Shown one piece after another: positions 22,300 to 30,781 of a stretch of DNA of 64,000 nt. Position 1 is the stretch's first letter. Each line of letters opens with the position of its first letter. Position numbers and translations under genes: made by a program. The notes below the pieces were generated by a model. That model searched no databases. It was not told the DNA's origin and worked only from the letters and a program-made list of their open reading frames with translations. Source of the DNA: an uncultured Candidatus Saccharibacteria bacterium (GTDB lineage Bacteria; Patescibacteriota; Saccharimonadia; CAILAD01; JADZBC01); assembly GCA_964600985.1 (NCBI GenBank), contig CAZRJR010000003.1, positions 2,583 through 66,582 of the forward strand, written 5' to 3'.

Positions 22300-24033
22300 C
22301 TACATCTTAGCCGGGACTTCTAGCCCCAAGCACTCAAGCGCATGAGCCATGGTGGCTTCAACTGCCCGACTAAGTTGCAAGCGAGCCAGTTTATCGCCGT
22401 CAGTCGCCGACAGAATTGGTAGGTTATTATATATATTGTTGTAATGTTGAGCGAGCGTATAGGTAAAGTTTGCAATTTGATTAGGCTTATTCTCGGCTAC
22501 AGCTCGCTCGCAGATCTCCTGGTAGCGCGATAGCAAAAGTAAGGTCTCACGCTCAACAGGGTTTGACCAATCATAGCCTAATTTAGCACTCGCCGTTTTA
22601 CTCACCTGTTCTGCTTTGGCAAGCAAGGAGCGTAATCGTACCGCACTATAAAGCAAGTATGGAGCACTATTACCCTCAAAATTCAGCATAGTCGACCAAT
22701 CAAACACGATGTCGGTCAGCCTGTTCTGTGACAATACGTTGTATTTTATACAGCTAATTGCTAATACATCAGCGGCAACTTGCTGCTCGGTTACATTGAG
22801 GCCATGTGACTTTTCTTGCATCAGAGCCAAAGCTCTACTCTTAGCCTCGGCTATAAGGTCTTTTAGGAGCAAAATATTACCTTTTCGCGTACTCATACTG
22901 CCATCTGCAAAGCGCATACGACCAAAGTTAACTTGCGTAAGCTGGGCGTCGGTCAATTTCAGCTTCCGTGCTACAGAGTAGAGCTGTTTTTGAGCAAAGC
23001 TTTGCGCTTCATCAACCACTACCATCATGATATCTGGGTGCCAAGCCTGCTCCCAGTAGGCAATGCGCGCCAGATCTCGGGTTAAATACAGCGTAGCGCC
23101 GTCACTCTTGCGTAATATTGCCGGGGGTGCCTCCGCATCCTCGGCCGGACACACCAAGGCCCCATGACTTTCTACAAAAATGCCCTGTTCTACCCCCTGG
23201 TCCAGTAACGGCTGCATTTTATCTTCATAAAAGCTCTCGCCATGCATGTAATCAAATTCCACACCAAGTGCATCATAAATAGGCTGAATCTCGGCTTTAC
23301 TCCATGCTACAATCTTGTGCCATAAGGCACGGTTCTCTTCGTCACCCTGCTCGAGCTTCAGGTATTCTTCGCGCGCTGCCTCATCGAGCTCCACATCGCC
23401 ATCGGCTGCAATATGAAACTGCACGTAGAGCTTTTGAAGCTCCGTGATAGGGTTGGCCTCGATTGCCGCTGTGTCCCCCCACTGCTTGACCGCCCAAATA
23501 AGCTTACCAAACTGAGTTCCCAGATCACCTATAAAGTTATCGGCAGTCACTTTATAGCCAGCCTTACGCATAGTGCGCTTAATTGAATCACCAATTATCG
23601 TTGAGAGCAGGTGGTGTACCCCCATCGGTTTACCGATGTTAGGGTGTGAGTAATCCATAGCGACCGTTTTACCACTACCGAATTGCCTAATGGGCCCTTC
23701 GGCAGATGTAGCACGCTCAGCCAAACGGCCCACCAAGTTGCTTAAGGCATTCGAACTAAGTCGGAAATTTATAAACCCAGCCCCCGCCACACTCGCCCAA
23801 TCAATCAGTGTGTTACTCGGCAAATGCGCCACAATCGCTTCTGCTACCGTGCGCGGATTAAGCTTGTTAGCGGCAGCGACCTTCATAGCCACGCTCGAAG
23901 CTATGTCGCCAAACGCTTGGTCTGGGTAGCTTATACTCTCGCTAAGCGTCCCTGGCGGTAGTTCTTGGCCCGGATAAGCCGATTGGTACGCTTGATCCAG
24001 TAGGCCTATTAGATCTGTAGCTACGTCGTTCAT
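22300..24033 (-). CDS. argS: Arginine--tRNA ligase
   Basis: DYSHPNIGKPMGVHH, GDLGTQFG, LYLTRDLA, MSTRKG, GNSAPYLLY. Confidence 0.97.
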   Translation of the reverse strand: MNDVATDLIGLLDQAYQSAYPGQELPPGTLSESISYPDQAFGDIASSVAMKVAAANKLNPRTVAEAIVAHLPSNTLIDWASVAGAGFINFRLSSNALSNLVGRLAERATSAEGPIRQFGSGKTVAMDYSHPNIGKPMGVHHLLSTIIGDSIKRTMRKAGYKVTADNFIGDLGTQFGKLIWAVKQWGDTAAIEANPITELQKLYVQFHIAADGDVELDEAAREEYLKLEQGDEENRALWHKIVAWSKAEIQPIYDALGVEFDYMHGESFYEDKMQPLLDQGVEQGIFVESHGALVCPAEDAEAPPAILRKSDGATLYLTRDLARIAYWEQAWHPDIMMVVVDEAQSFAQKQLYSVARKLKLTDAQLTQVNFGRMRFADGSMSTRKGNILLLKDLIAEAKSRALALMQEKSHGLNVTEQQVAADVLAISCIKYNVLSQNRLTDIVFDWSTMLNFEGNSAPYLLYSAVRLRSLLAKAEQVSKTASAKLGYDWSNPVERETLLLLSRYQEICERAVAENKPNQIANFTYTLAQHYNNIYNNLPILSATDGDKLARLQLSRAVEATMAHALECLGLEVPAKM

Positions 24034-24136
24034 ACCCGCTATTATAACCTAAAAACCAAGGCCACCAAACCACTCCTGTGCTTGCTCCGATAAGCACTGG
24101 GGCGTTAGTGATATAATAGCGGCATAAGGAAAGCCC

Positions 24137-24589
24137 ATGAAGATAGTTGCCAAGAACAAGCGCGCGCGTTTTGACTATGAGATCAAAGATACCCTCGTAG
24201 CCGGCATTGTATTGGCAGGCCATGAGGTTAAGAGTGTTAAATCTGGCCACATTAGCCTAAAAGGCAGTTTTGTGAGTATGAAGGCTGGCGAAGCCTACCT
24301 TACGAATGCCCACATCACACTATACAAGAGTGCGGCCAATATATCGTCGTACGACCCTGTGCGTTCACGCAAGCTTCTCTTGCACCGCAGGCAAATCAAC
24401 GAGATCCTAGGCGCTGTCAAAGCCCAAGGCCTAAGCGTAGTTCCCCTGGCTATAGGTATGGAACGCGGACTTATTAAAGTCGAGCTGGGTATTGGGCGCG
24501 GCAAGAAGAAGTTTGATAAACGCGAAGCCACGAAGCGGCGAGACATATTACGCGATGTAAGCCGCGAGATTAAACCTGTAAAAGCCTAG
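24137..24589 (+). CDS. smpB: SsrA-binding protein
   Basis: NKRARFDY, GIVLAGHEVKS, RKLLLH, GKKKFDKR. Confidence 0.98.
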   Translation: MKIVAKNKRARFDYEIKDTLVAGIVLAGHEVKSVKSGHISLKGSFVSMKAGEAYLTNAHITLYKSAANISSYDPVRSRKLLLHRRQINEILGAVKAQGLSVVPLAIGMERGLIKVELGIGRGKKKFDKREATKRRDILRDVSREIKPVKA

Positions 24590-24701
24590 GATAGGGACTT
24601 ATATTCCATGCTTTAGCATGATTTATGAGTTATACTCTAGTCCTAAAAGTGCTTATATGCTATGCTTAAAGCATAAGAATTTATAGGACTACGCCTCCGT
24701 C

Positions 24702-25742
24702 ATGTCACAAAACAATTACGACAGCTTACAAAAAACGATCAAGCAGCTTATGGCACCGGGAAAAGGTCTTTTAGCCGCAGATGAGAGCACCAAGAGTGCC
24801 AATGCTCGCTTGGCAGCACTAGGCCTAGACCAAACCGAAGACATGCGCCGTGCCTGGCGCGAACTGCTTTTTACTACCCCAGACTTAAACGACTTTATCA
24901 GTGGTGTTATCCTCTACGACGAGACCATTCGGCAACAGACTAGCGACAATCAAGGAACCTTTGCCCAGTATCTAGTAAGCAAAGATATAATACCTGGCAT
25001 TAAGGTAGACTTAGGGCTCGTAGAGCTCACGAACTTCCCTGGCGAGAAGATTACTGAAGGGCTAGATGGTCTCGACGCGCGCTTAAGCGAATATAAAGCC
25101 ATGGGCGCACGTTTTGCGAAGTGGCGTGCTGCTTTTAGTATTGGACGCACGATCCCTTCCGAGGCCGCCGTACACGCAAATGGCAACGTATTTGGACGTT
25201 ACGCTAGTTTATGCCAAAAACACGGCATAGTACCTATAATTGAACCTGAGGTGCTCTACGAGGGCGCTCATAGCCTCGAACAGGCCGAAGTGGCCACTAC
25301 GCGCATCCTGAAGACCACGATAGACATCGTACGTGCCTATCGCGTCGATCTACAGGGTGTCATTGTTAAAACCAGCTTTGTCTTAGCGGGTGCCGACGAA
25401 GTACAGCAGTCAACGGCTGCTGAAGTAGGCAGCGCTACCTTACGTACACTTAAGGCCGCTATACCCCCAGAAACTGGAGCAATTGTATTCCTGTCTGGTG
25501 GGCAAAGCCCAGCCCAAGCCAGCGCCAACTTTAACGCCGTCGGGCAAGCTGGCGCGCAGCCTTGGCCGATTACGTTCTCGTTCTCGCGCGCCGTACAAGA
25601 CCCAGCTATGAAAGCCTGGCTTGGTAAGAACGAAAATGTAACCAAAGCCCAAAGAATCTTCTACCACCGCCTGGCATGTAATAGTGCCGCGCGGACTGGC
25701 CACTACTCGGCCAAAATGGAGATTTTTGACAAGCAAAAATAA
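24702..25742 (+). CDS. Class I fructose-bisphosphate aldolase (eukaryote-like type)
   Basis: GKGLLAADES, GVILYDET, PGIKVD, FAKWR, VPIIEPEV, FLSGGQS, TFSFSRA. Confidence 0.95.
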   Translation: MSQNNYDSLQKTIKQLMAPGKGLLAADESTKSANARLAALGLDQTEDMRRAWRELLFTTPDLNDFISGVILYDETIRQQTSDNQGTFAQYLVSKDIIPGIKVDLGLVELTNFPGEKITEGLDGLDARLSEYKAMGARFAKWRAAFSIGRTIPSEAAVHANGNVFGRYASLCQKHGIVPIIEPEVLYEGAHSLEQAEVATTRILKTTIDIVRAYRVDLQGVIVKTSFVLAGADEVQQSTAAEVGSATLRTLKAAIPPETGAIVFLSGGQSPAQASANFNAVGQAGAQPWPITFSFSRAVQDPAMKAWLGKNENVTKAQRIFYHRLACNSAARTGHYSAKMEIFDKQK

Positions 25743-25779
25743 ACTTTGATTTATCCACAACTTTTTTCCAAAAAAGTTG

Positions 25780-25809
25780 TTGACAGCGACTATGCATAAG
25801 TTTTATCAT
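25780..25809 (+). promoter_or_regulatory. sigma70 promoter TTGACA-N18-TATCAT, with a perfect DnaA box TTATCCACA just upstream (25751-25759)
   Basis: Direct motif match. Confidence 0.65.
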
Positions 25810-25815
25810 AGATTC

Positions 25816-25905
25816 AGTGCTGCACACATAAATTACTCAAAAACAAAAACAAACCAATAAAAGAGCTCCGCAACAGGTTAAACCTCGAGCGGAGTTCTTC
25901 TTTTT
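25816..25905 (+). ncRNA. Putative ~90-nt A-rich small RNA
   Basis: Promoter upstream; terminator AAGAGCTCCGC...GCGGAGTTCTT+T run at 25861-25905; no ORF longer than 4 codons seen. Confidence 0.45.
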
Positions 25906-25955
25906 GGGTAGTCATAACACCGCAGGCTACAACTTCTTGTGTAATTCCAACCCCG

Positions 25956-26669
25956 CTAAAACAAGTCTGCGCTATAACTCGTTTTGCGTTCTATGAGCCA
26001 CTCTTTGGCATTTAGGATGTCGATTTCCATTTTGAAACTATCAAACTTTTTGGGCTTGGCGTAGGCCGATTCAAAGCTTAACCATTCATTGTGGCCGCCT
26101 TCGAAGTCGGCTTGTAACGTGCCATGGGGGTTCACGCCATGCGCTACAAAGAATATTTTATCTTCTAGCATATCGCCACTTTCTTCAGACAGCACTTGCT
26201 CGTGGTACACGCCGGCAATCCGAAACTCAGCTCGCAAACCCGTCTCTTCGAGCAGTTCTCGCTCGGCACACTGCAGAATGGTCTCTCCCCACCGTATCTT
26301 ACCTGTTGGTAGGCCCCAAAAACCAAAGTAGGGGTTCTTGAGCCTTTCCTGAAACACATATTCGCGCGTGCCTTTAGGCCCCTTGCGCTCCACGGCAAGT
26401 ATGACTGCAATCTTAGGCTGGCGCTCCACGGTATTATTGTCGGTATCAAGCCGATTGGCATACTCTTTGCCTGACTGCGTAAGGCTGTATTTGCCAGCCT
26501 GCAGCTTAGCTACGAGCCCCAGCTCGACTAAGCGCCCAATATGGAAATTAAAATGATCGCTGCTTAGCCCAGTCGGCTTTTGAAGTTCACCAAACCCTGC
26601 GTGCGGCCGAAACAGCAGCTCCCGCAATATGCTAGTTTGTGCATCATGAATTTTTACCTCTAAACTCAT
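25956..26669 (-). CDS. Winged-HTH + NUDIX hydrolase fusion (putative regulator)
   Basis: N-terminal wHTH (FGELQKPTGLSSDHFNFHIGRLVELGLV); Nudix box GKIRWGETILQCAERELLEETG. Confidence 0.85.
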   Translation of the reverse strand: MSLEVKIHDAQTSILRELLFRPHAGFGELQKPTGLSSDHFNFHIGRLVELGLVAKLQAGKYSLTQSGKEYANRLDTDNNTVERQPKIAVILAVERKGPKGTREYVFQERLKNPYFGFWGLPTGKIRWGETILQCAERELLEETGLRAEFRIAGVYHEQVLSEESGDMLEDKIFFVAHGVNPHGTLQADFEGGHNEWLSFESAYAKPKKFDSFKMEIDILNAKEWLIERKTSYSADLF

Positions 26670-26768
26670 AGTCCTCTCCTTATCTTAGTTACCTCACGAG
26701 GACGCGTCCAGAGTAAGTATAGGCCAAGGAGCCTAACTGGTTCTAGTAAACTAGACTTCGGTAGTTAA

Positions 26769-28013
26769 CTAAGGGGTCGAGACTTCGAGTTTGCTAGGCT
26801 TTGGAGCCGGCCCAGCCTTTGGCGATTCAGTTTCGGTTGTAGGAATAAGAGACTGGAACTTCCATATAAATTCGGTGCCCGTCTTAGGGTGCCCGATCTC
26901 TACCGTAGCGCCCAATAAACCAGTCGCCAAGCTGGTAAGGTACAAGCCAAGGCCGGCACCCTCGTAGTTAAAGCGCAAGGCATCTTCACCACGCGAGAAC
27001 GGCTTAAATAGCTGACTGCGACGCTCAAGGCTTATGCCTGGCCCATTATCCTGCACACGAAGCTCAAAGCCCCTATGCAGCGCACGCAGCGTCACGAGGA
27101 CTCGCCCACCGCTCTTGGTGGCAGCCGAGAATTTAATAGCATTATCAAGCACCGGGGTAATGGCCTGCTTAAGCAGGAGTGGGTCGAGCTCGTATACCAG
27201 TTGCTCAGGGGAAAGCAATCGCACGTCCACATGCGCTTCGCTAGCCTGCTTTTTGTAGCTCGCAATCACTTCTTTGAGAAGCTTTGGCACATCTACCGAT
27301 TCGGTATTGAGCACATAGTCTGCCCCCCGATTCGTAAGTGTCGAGATCAAGCTCATACGATCGAGCAAACTCAGGAGTTTTTGGGCCGCCTCGTCGACCG
27401 CAGCATCGCTCCCCTGAGGAATCACCGAGGTAATGGCGAACAAATGCCCTTGCAGCTCGTCGGTGGCGGCGCGAAAGAACTCAGCCCTAGCATGCTCGAG
27501 CTGCATTTCCTCGCGGATAGCAAAGCTCGATTGCTTAGCAATGCGCCTACGCAGCTGGAAGTTGCGCAGATTACTCACCAACACCTGCAGTACAAGCAGC
27601 AACGCCACCACGATAGTTAGTATGTATAATGCGTCGGCGTTCAGGAGCCCAGCTAAGCTAAACAGCCAGATCGCCAGAATAATCACGGCAGTAAGCAAAA
27701 ACGCCGGAATCAAAAAAGCTGCGCTAAATAATGGATTCTTAGCCTCGGGAATGTAGTAGTTCTTTTTATTGCCCCTATCTACCGCATTGATCTTAGCTGA
27801 TAATCCGCCAATTATCTTAGCCATAGCCTCTATGTGGCCTTTGAGTTCCTGCGTTTGCTTGGGCGTAGCCGCGCTATAGCCGCTCACAGCATCCGAAGTG
27901 GTAGCGAGCGACTTTTCGAGCTGGCTCACGGCTTGATCGCCGTGCGTACCTATCAGGGGTCTAGGCCTGCTAGCCTGCGAGCTTGGTGGTGTGTTGGTAG
28001 GAGGTGGCTTCAT
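26769..28013 (-). CDS. Membrane histidine-kinase-like ATPase with degenerate H-box
   Basis: Two TM helices; N box LDNAIKF, G1 DNGPGI, F FKPF, G2 GAGLGL; H-box reads ATDELQGHL. Confidence 0.85.
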   Translation of the reverse strand: MKPPPTNTPPSSQASRPRPLIGTHGDQAVSQLEKSLATTSDAVSGYSAATPKQTQELKGHIEAMAKIIGGLSAKINAVDRGNKKNYYIPEAKNPLFSAAFLIPAFLLTAVIILAIWLFSLAGLLNADALYILTIVVALLLVLQVLVSNLRNFQLRRRIAKQSSFAIREEMQLEHARAEFFRAATDELQGHLFAITSVIPQGSDAAVDEAAQKLLSLLDRMSLISTLTNRGADYVLNTESVDVPKLLKEVIASYKKQASEAHVDVRLLSPEQLVYELDPLLLKQAITPVLDNAIKFSAATKSGGRVLVTLRALHRGFELRVQDNGPGISLERRSQLFKPFSRGEDALRFNYEGAGLGLYLTSLATGLLGATVEIGHPKTGTEFIWKFQSLIPTTETESPKAGPAPKPSKLEVSTP

Positions 28014-28218
28014 CTCATTACTCTTATGCCCTAGTATACGCTAGGTAGGTTACGTCGGCAATTTTACAAGGTCGTTAATATTTGATATTAGTTACTCACT
28101 ATTAGAGACACTTAGCTGAGATTGGTAACTTCAGGATTAGCACATTACCACCTAAACTCATAATCTACGGATTATGAACTTGGGTAGGGCCAGTTTTAAG
28201 GATCTGGCAACCTCGAAC

Positions 28219-28530
28219 TCAGTCGGATGAGCGCCTGGTGGGCTGGACCTCCTCGGCGACCCCGTCGGGTCCAGTGAAGACCATGTCACGAAGGCGGGGG
28301 TGGAATGTGAAGTCCTCGGCCTCCAGGAACTCTTCGAGGAGCTCACGGGACATGCCGCGAACGACCATCTTTTCCGTTCCACCGTACATCATGACGAAGG
28401 TCACTTGCATGAACTCAGGTGGGCGGAAGTTGATCTCCAGCTTCCATGGGTAGTTCTCGTCATCAGGCCCGTCGAACTGCCCCGTAAGGCTGATGAGCTT
28501 GATACCTTCGATTGACGGGTATTCGGGCAT
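28219..28530 (-). CDS. Hypothetical protein (103 aa, GC-rich codon usage)
   Basis: ATG 28530 after AAGGGG RBS; strong G/C bias at third positions. Confidence 0.75.
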   Translation of the reverse strand: MPEYPSIEGIKLISLTGQFDGPDDENYPWKLEINFRPPEFMQVTFVMMYGGTEKMVVRGMSRELLEEFLEAEDFTFHPRLRDMVFTGPDGVAEEVQPTRRSSD

Positions 28531-28541
28531 GAGAACCCCTT

Positions 28542-28673
28542 TCAGTCTTGAGGCGTAGTGGACTGGCTCTGCTGCTCCACGGAGGGCTTCCACGCTTCGT
28601 GGATCTCGCTGACGAGCATGATGATGGTACTAAGTGCACCGAGGGTACGCCCCACCTTCTTGAGGGTGTTCAT
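28542..28673 (-). CDS. Small 43-aa protein MNTLKKVGRTLGALSTIIMLVSEIHEAWKPSVEQQSQSTTPQD (not in ORF track)
   Basis: GGAGAG RBS, first ORF after the promoter at 28738-28766, GC3-rich codons, stop just before the RBS of the next gene. Confidence 0.6.
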   Translation of the reverse strand: MNTLKKVGRTLGALSTIIMLVSEIHEAWKPSVEQQSQSTTPQD

Positions 28674-28737
28674 GGTGACTCTCCAATTCAGAATTTCAAG
28701 ACGGGTTATCCGTCATTCCCGCTCTGAGAACTATAAG

Positions 28738-28775
28738 ATACTAACATAAATATCATAATAAGTCAATGGTGGAGC
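28738..28775 (-). repeat. Distal copy of 38-bp direct repeat (tmRNA 3' end + promoter), att-like
   Basis: 31/38 identical to 29444-29481; first 18 nt GCTCCACCATTGACTTAT identical. Confidence 0.85.
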
Positions 28776-28908
28776 GGGTACGAAAAAAGTGGCATGAACT
28801 GGTGGTTGAATCAGGTCGATGGAGGGAAATATTAGCTGTTCCCTATTCCAGGCACTTATCTGGAATGAGTAACGGCAGGGATTAAGACTAATGAAAGAGG
28901 CCCCAGAG

Positions 28909-28940
28909 GGGTCCCCCTGTTTCGATGTACAGGGGGACCC
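28909..28940 (-). terminator. 12-bp perfect hairpin after the tautomerase-like gene
   Basis: GGGTCCCCCTGT-N8-ACAGGGGGACCC. Confidence 0.65.
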
Positions 28941-28958
28941 ATGGGAGCCGTGAGGAGA

Positions 28959-29375
28959 TCACCAGTCGAGCTTCTCGCCACCGATGCTGAGGAACCCGTG
29001 AGACGGGCTCCAGCGAACATCGCAGGCGTAGTCCAGGTCGTGCGGGTAGCCGAACTCGGCAAACTGCTGGATGAGCAGCCCCTTCACAACGCCAGTCGCC
29101 TCGAGCTGCATCTCGTCGGTGAGGTCACCCTCGCTGAACTCGATGAGGATCCAGATGGCGGGGGTGTTGACGTCTGCTTCGCCGAACTTCTCGATGGTCA
29201 CCTGCACACCCTTCTCAGGTGTGCCGTGGTCCATGTACAGCTTCGCCTCGTTCTTGACGAAGATGGCGGGGAGGCTCGCGGCGAACTTCGCTGTCTTCTT
29301 CTGGTGAGGGGTGTAGATGCTCGAGCCTCCCTCAGGGAAGTAGGCGGAGCTGGTAGTGATCTTGATGAGGGGCAT
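28959..29375 (-). CDS. Hypothetical protein, possibly tautomerase superfamily (N-terminal Pro)
   Basis: Starts MPLIKIT; AAGGAG RBS; beta-alpha-beta-like pattern; GC3-rich. Confidence 0.6.
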   Translation of the reverse strand: MPLIKITTSSAYFPEGGSSIYTPHQKKTAKFAASLPAIFVKNEAKLYMDHGTPEKGVQVTIEKFGEADVNTPAIWILIEFSEGDLTDEMQLEATGVVKGLLIQQFAEFGYPHDLDYACDVRWSPSHGFLSIGGEKLDW

Positions 29376-29443
29376 ATGCCGCTCCTTGTGAGGAACATAG
29401 GGGGACTGCCCTATCAGATCGCTCAGATCGAGTGATGAAAAGC

Positions 29444-29481
29444 ATTATAGCATAATATTCATTATAAGTCAATGGTGGAGC
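29444..29481 (-). repeat. Proximal copy of 38-bp repeat; contains promoter TTGACT-N17-TATAAT immediately after tmRNA CCA
   Basis: Direct reading. Confidence 0.85.
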
Positions 29482-29861
29482 TGCAGGGAATCGCACCCTG
29501 GTCCGCCGGTCCGTCTATATAACCTACTACAAGCTTAGCTTACTTAGCGATTGTTTAAGGAGGTGCGCGCACTCACAGTAAGCAAAATGTACTCGCTACT
29601 CCTCTATTCTGCATCTTAGTGATTGCCGGATAGAACAGCAACCAAGCAACCAGATGGTGTGACGCCCTGCAATCTATCTGGTATCGATCACAATGAGCGG
29701 CGAACGCGTATTAGGCGTAAGCTGGCGCAAAGGTTGGCATGCTAAAAGCAGCTTTTACTTTGCTAACGAGTGTATTTGCACTTGTTGAGTTTGATCTGTA
29801 ACGTCGATCAGGCGGCTTGCAGTTATATGTCAAGAATCCAACGTCGAAGCTGATCAGCCCC
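29473..29861 (-). ncRNA. ssrA: tmRNA; tag ANTLVSKVKAAFSMPTFAPAYA* (29779-29711)
   Basis: 5' GGGGCTGA...TTCGAC, 3' T-arm and CAGCTCCACCA with G3:U70; tag ORF ending AYA. Confidence 0.95.
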
Positions 29862-29878
29862 AAGACCGTAATTATACC

Positions 29879-30712
29879 TCATTTTAGGCCGTTAATCCAG
29901 TCTAACACCATAGTGGCGGCGCGCTGTGGATCCTCTAGGGGAAACAGATGCCCGGCATCTGAGGCAACTTGGTATGTTATAGAATTATTTACAACGCAAT
30001 TGATGTACTTTTTAATATTCGCTAGGCGGTCGCTGGCTCCATCGATCGCCAGCAGAGGCACTTGGATCTGCTCCAATACAGGTGCAAACCGAAACTTCTT
30101 GAGGTCGTCAATTACCTGTTGGCCCGCCAGAATGTCCGCCTTGAGCCGCGAGTCATAGCCTGCATCATAAAGCTGTTGGCGCAAAGCCTGGTCACGAGTA
30201 TGCATCACCATCGCTCCACTCCAGTCAGCAAGCCGTCGGTTCTGAAACATGCGCGTGCGCAGTCTCAGGGGTAAGCGCTTGCCGATTTCGAAGCTAACCT
30301 GATAAAACAGCGTGGTAAGGTTAACGGTATACTGCGGGTATGGGTTCAGAACGACTAAACGAGCAACTCGCCTGCTTACAGCGACAGTCTTTAAAGCCAC
30401 TACGCCGCCATAGGAGTGTCCTATAAGTATTACGTCCTTAAGCTCAAGTTTGGCCATAAATGCGTCTACAAGAGCTGCAAACGCGTCCACACCGTGGTGG
30501 TTGTACTGAGGTCCGTATAAGGGTTCCGAGTCACCTTCCCCTGGTAAATCCAGTGCAACAATTCTCCCCTCACCTAGGCTATCCGCAAATGGCCCGAGCG
30601 CCTTAGCTTCGCCAAACATGCCATGAATAAGCACATAGGTGGGGCCAGTGCCAAGAACTTGCTCTAAGTAGTGAATCTTACAGCCTTCGACAGATACAAA
30701 CTTGCTTTCCAT
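29879..30712 (-). CDS. Alpha/beta-fold hydrolase
   Basis: IHG, DLPGEG, GHSYG nucleophile elbow, D and H (AGH) of triad. Confidence 0.9.
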   Translation of the reverse strand: MESKFVSVEGCKIHYLEQVLGTGPTYVLIHGMFGEAKALGPFADSLGEGRIVALDLPGEGDSEPLYGPQYNHHGVDAFAALVDAFMAKLELKDVILIGHSYGGVVALKTVAVSRRVARLVVLNPYPQYTVNLTTLFYQVSFEIGKRLPLRLRTRMFQNRRLADWSGAMVMHTRDQALRQQLYDAGYDSRLKADILAGQQVIDDLKKFRFAPVLEQIQVPLLAIDGASDRLANIKKYINCVVNNSITYQVASDAGHLFPLEDPQRAATMVLDWINGLK

Positions 30713-30781
30713 AGCTGCTATTATTACCTAATTGCACAACCAAGACTAGCCAAAGCACATAAAAACCCTGATAATACGGTT

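Larger units (their letters stand above)
28776..29443 (-). mobile_element. Integrase-less single-gene islet at the tmRNA 3' end (706-bp repeat unit)
   Basis: Flanked by direct repeats containing the tmRNA CCA end; atypical GC-rich gene. Confidence 0.65.

Noticed and set aside
25751-25759. Replication origin suggested by a DnaA box
   Set aside because: Single box, no cluster or unwinding element, no dnaA/dnaN nearby
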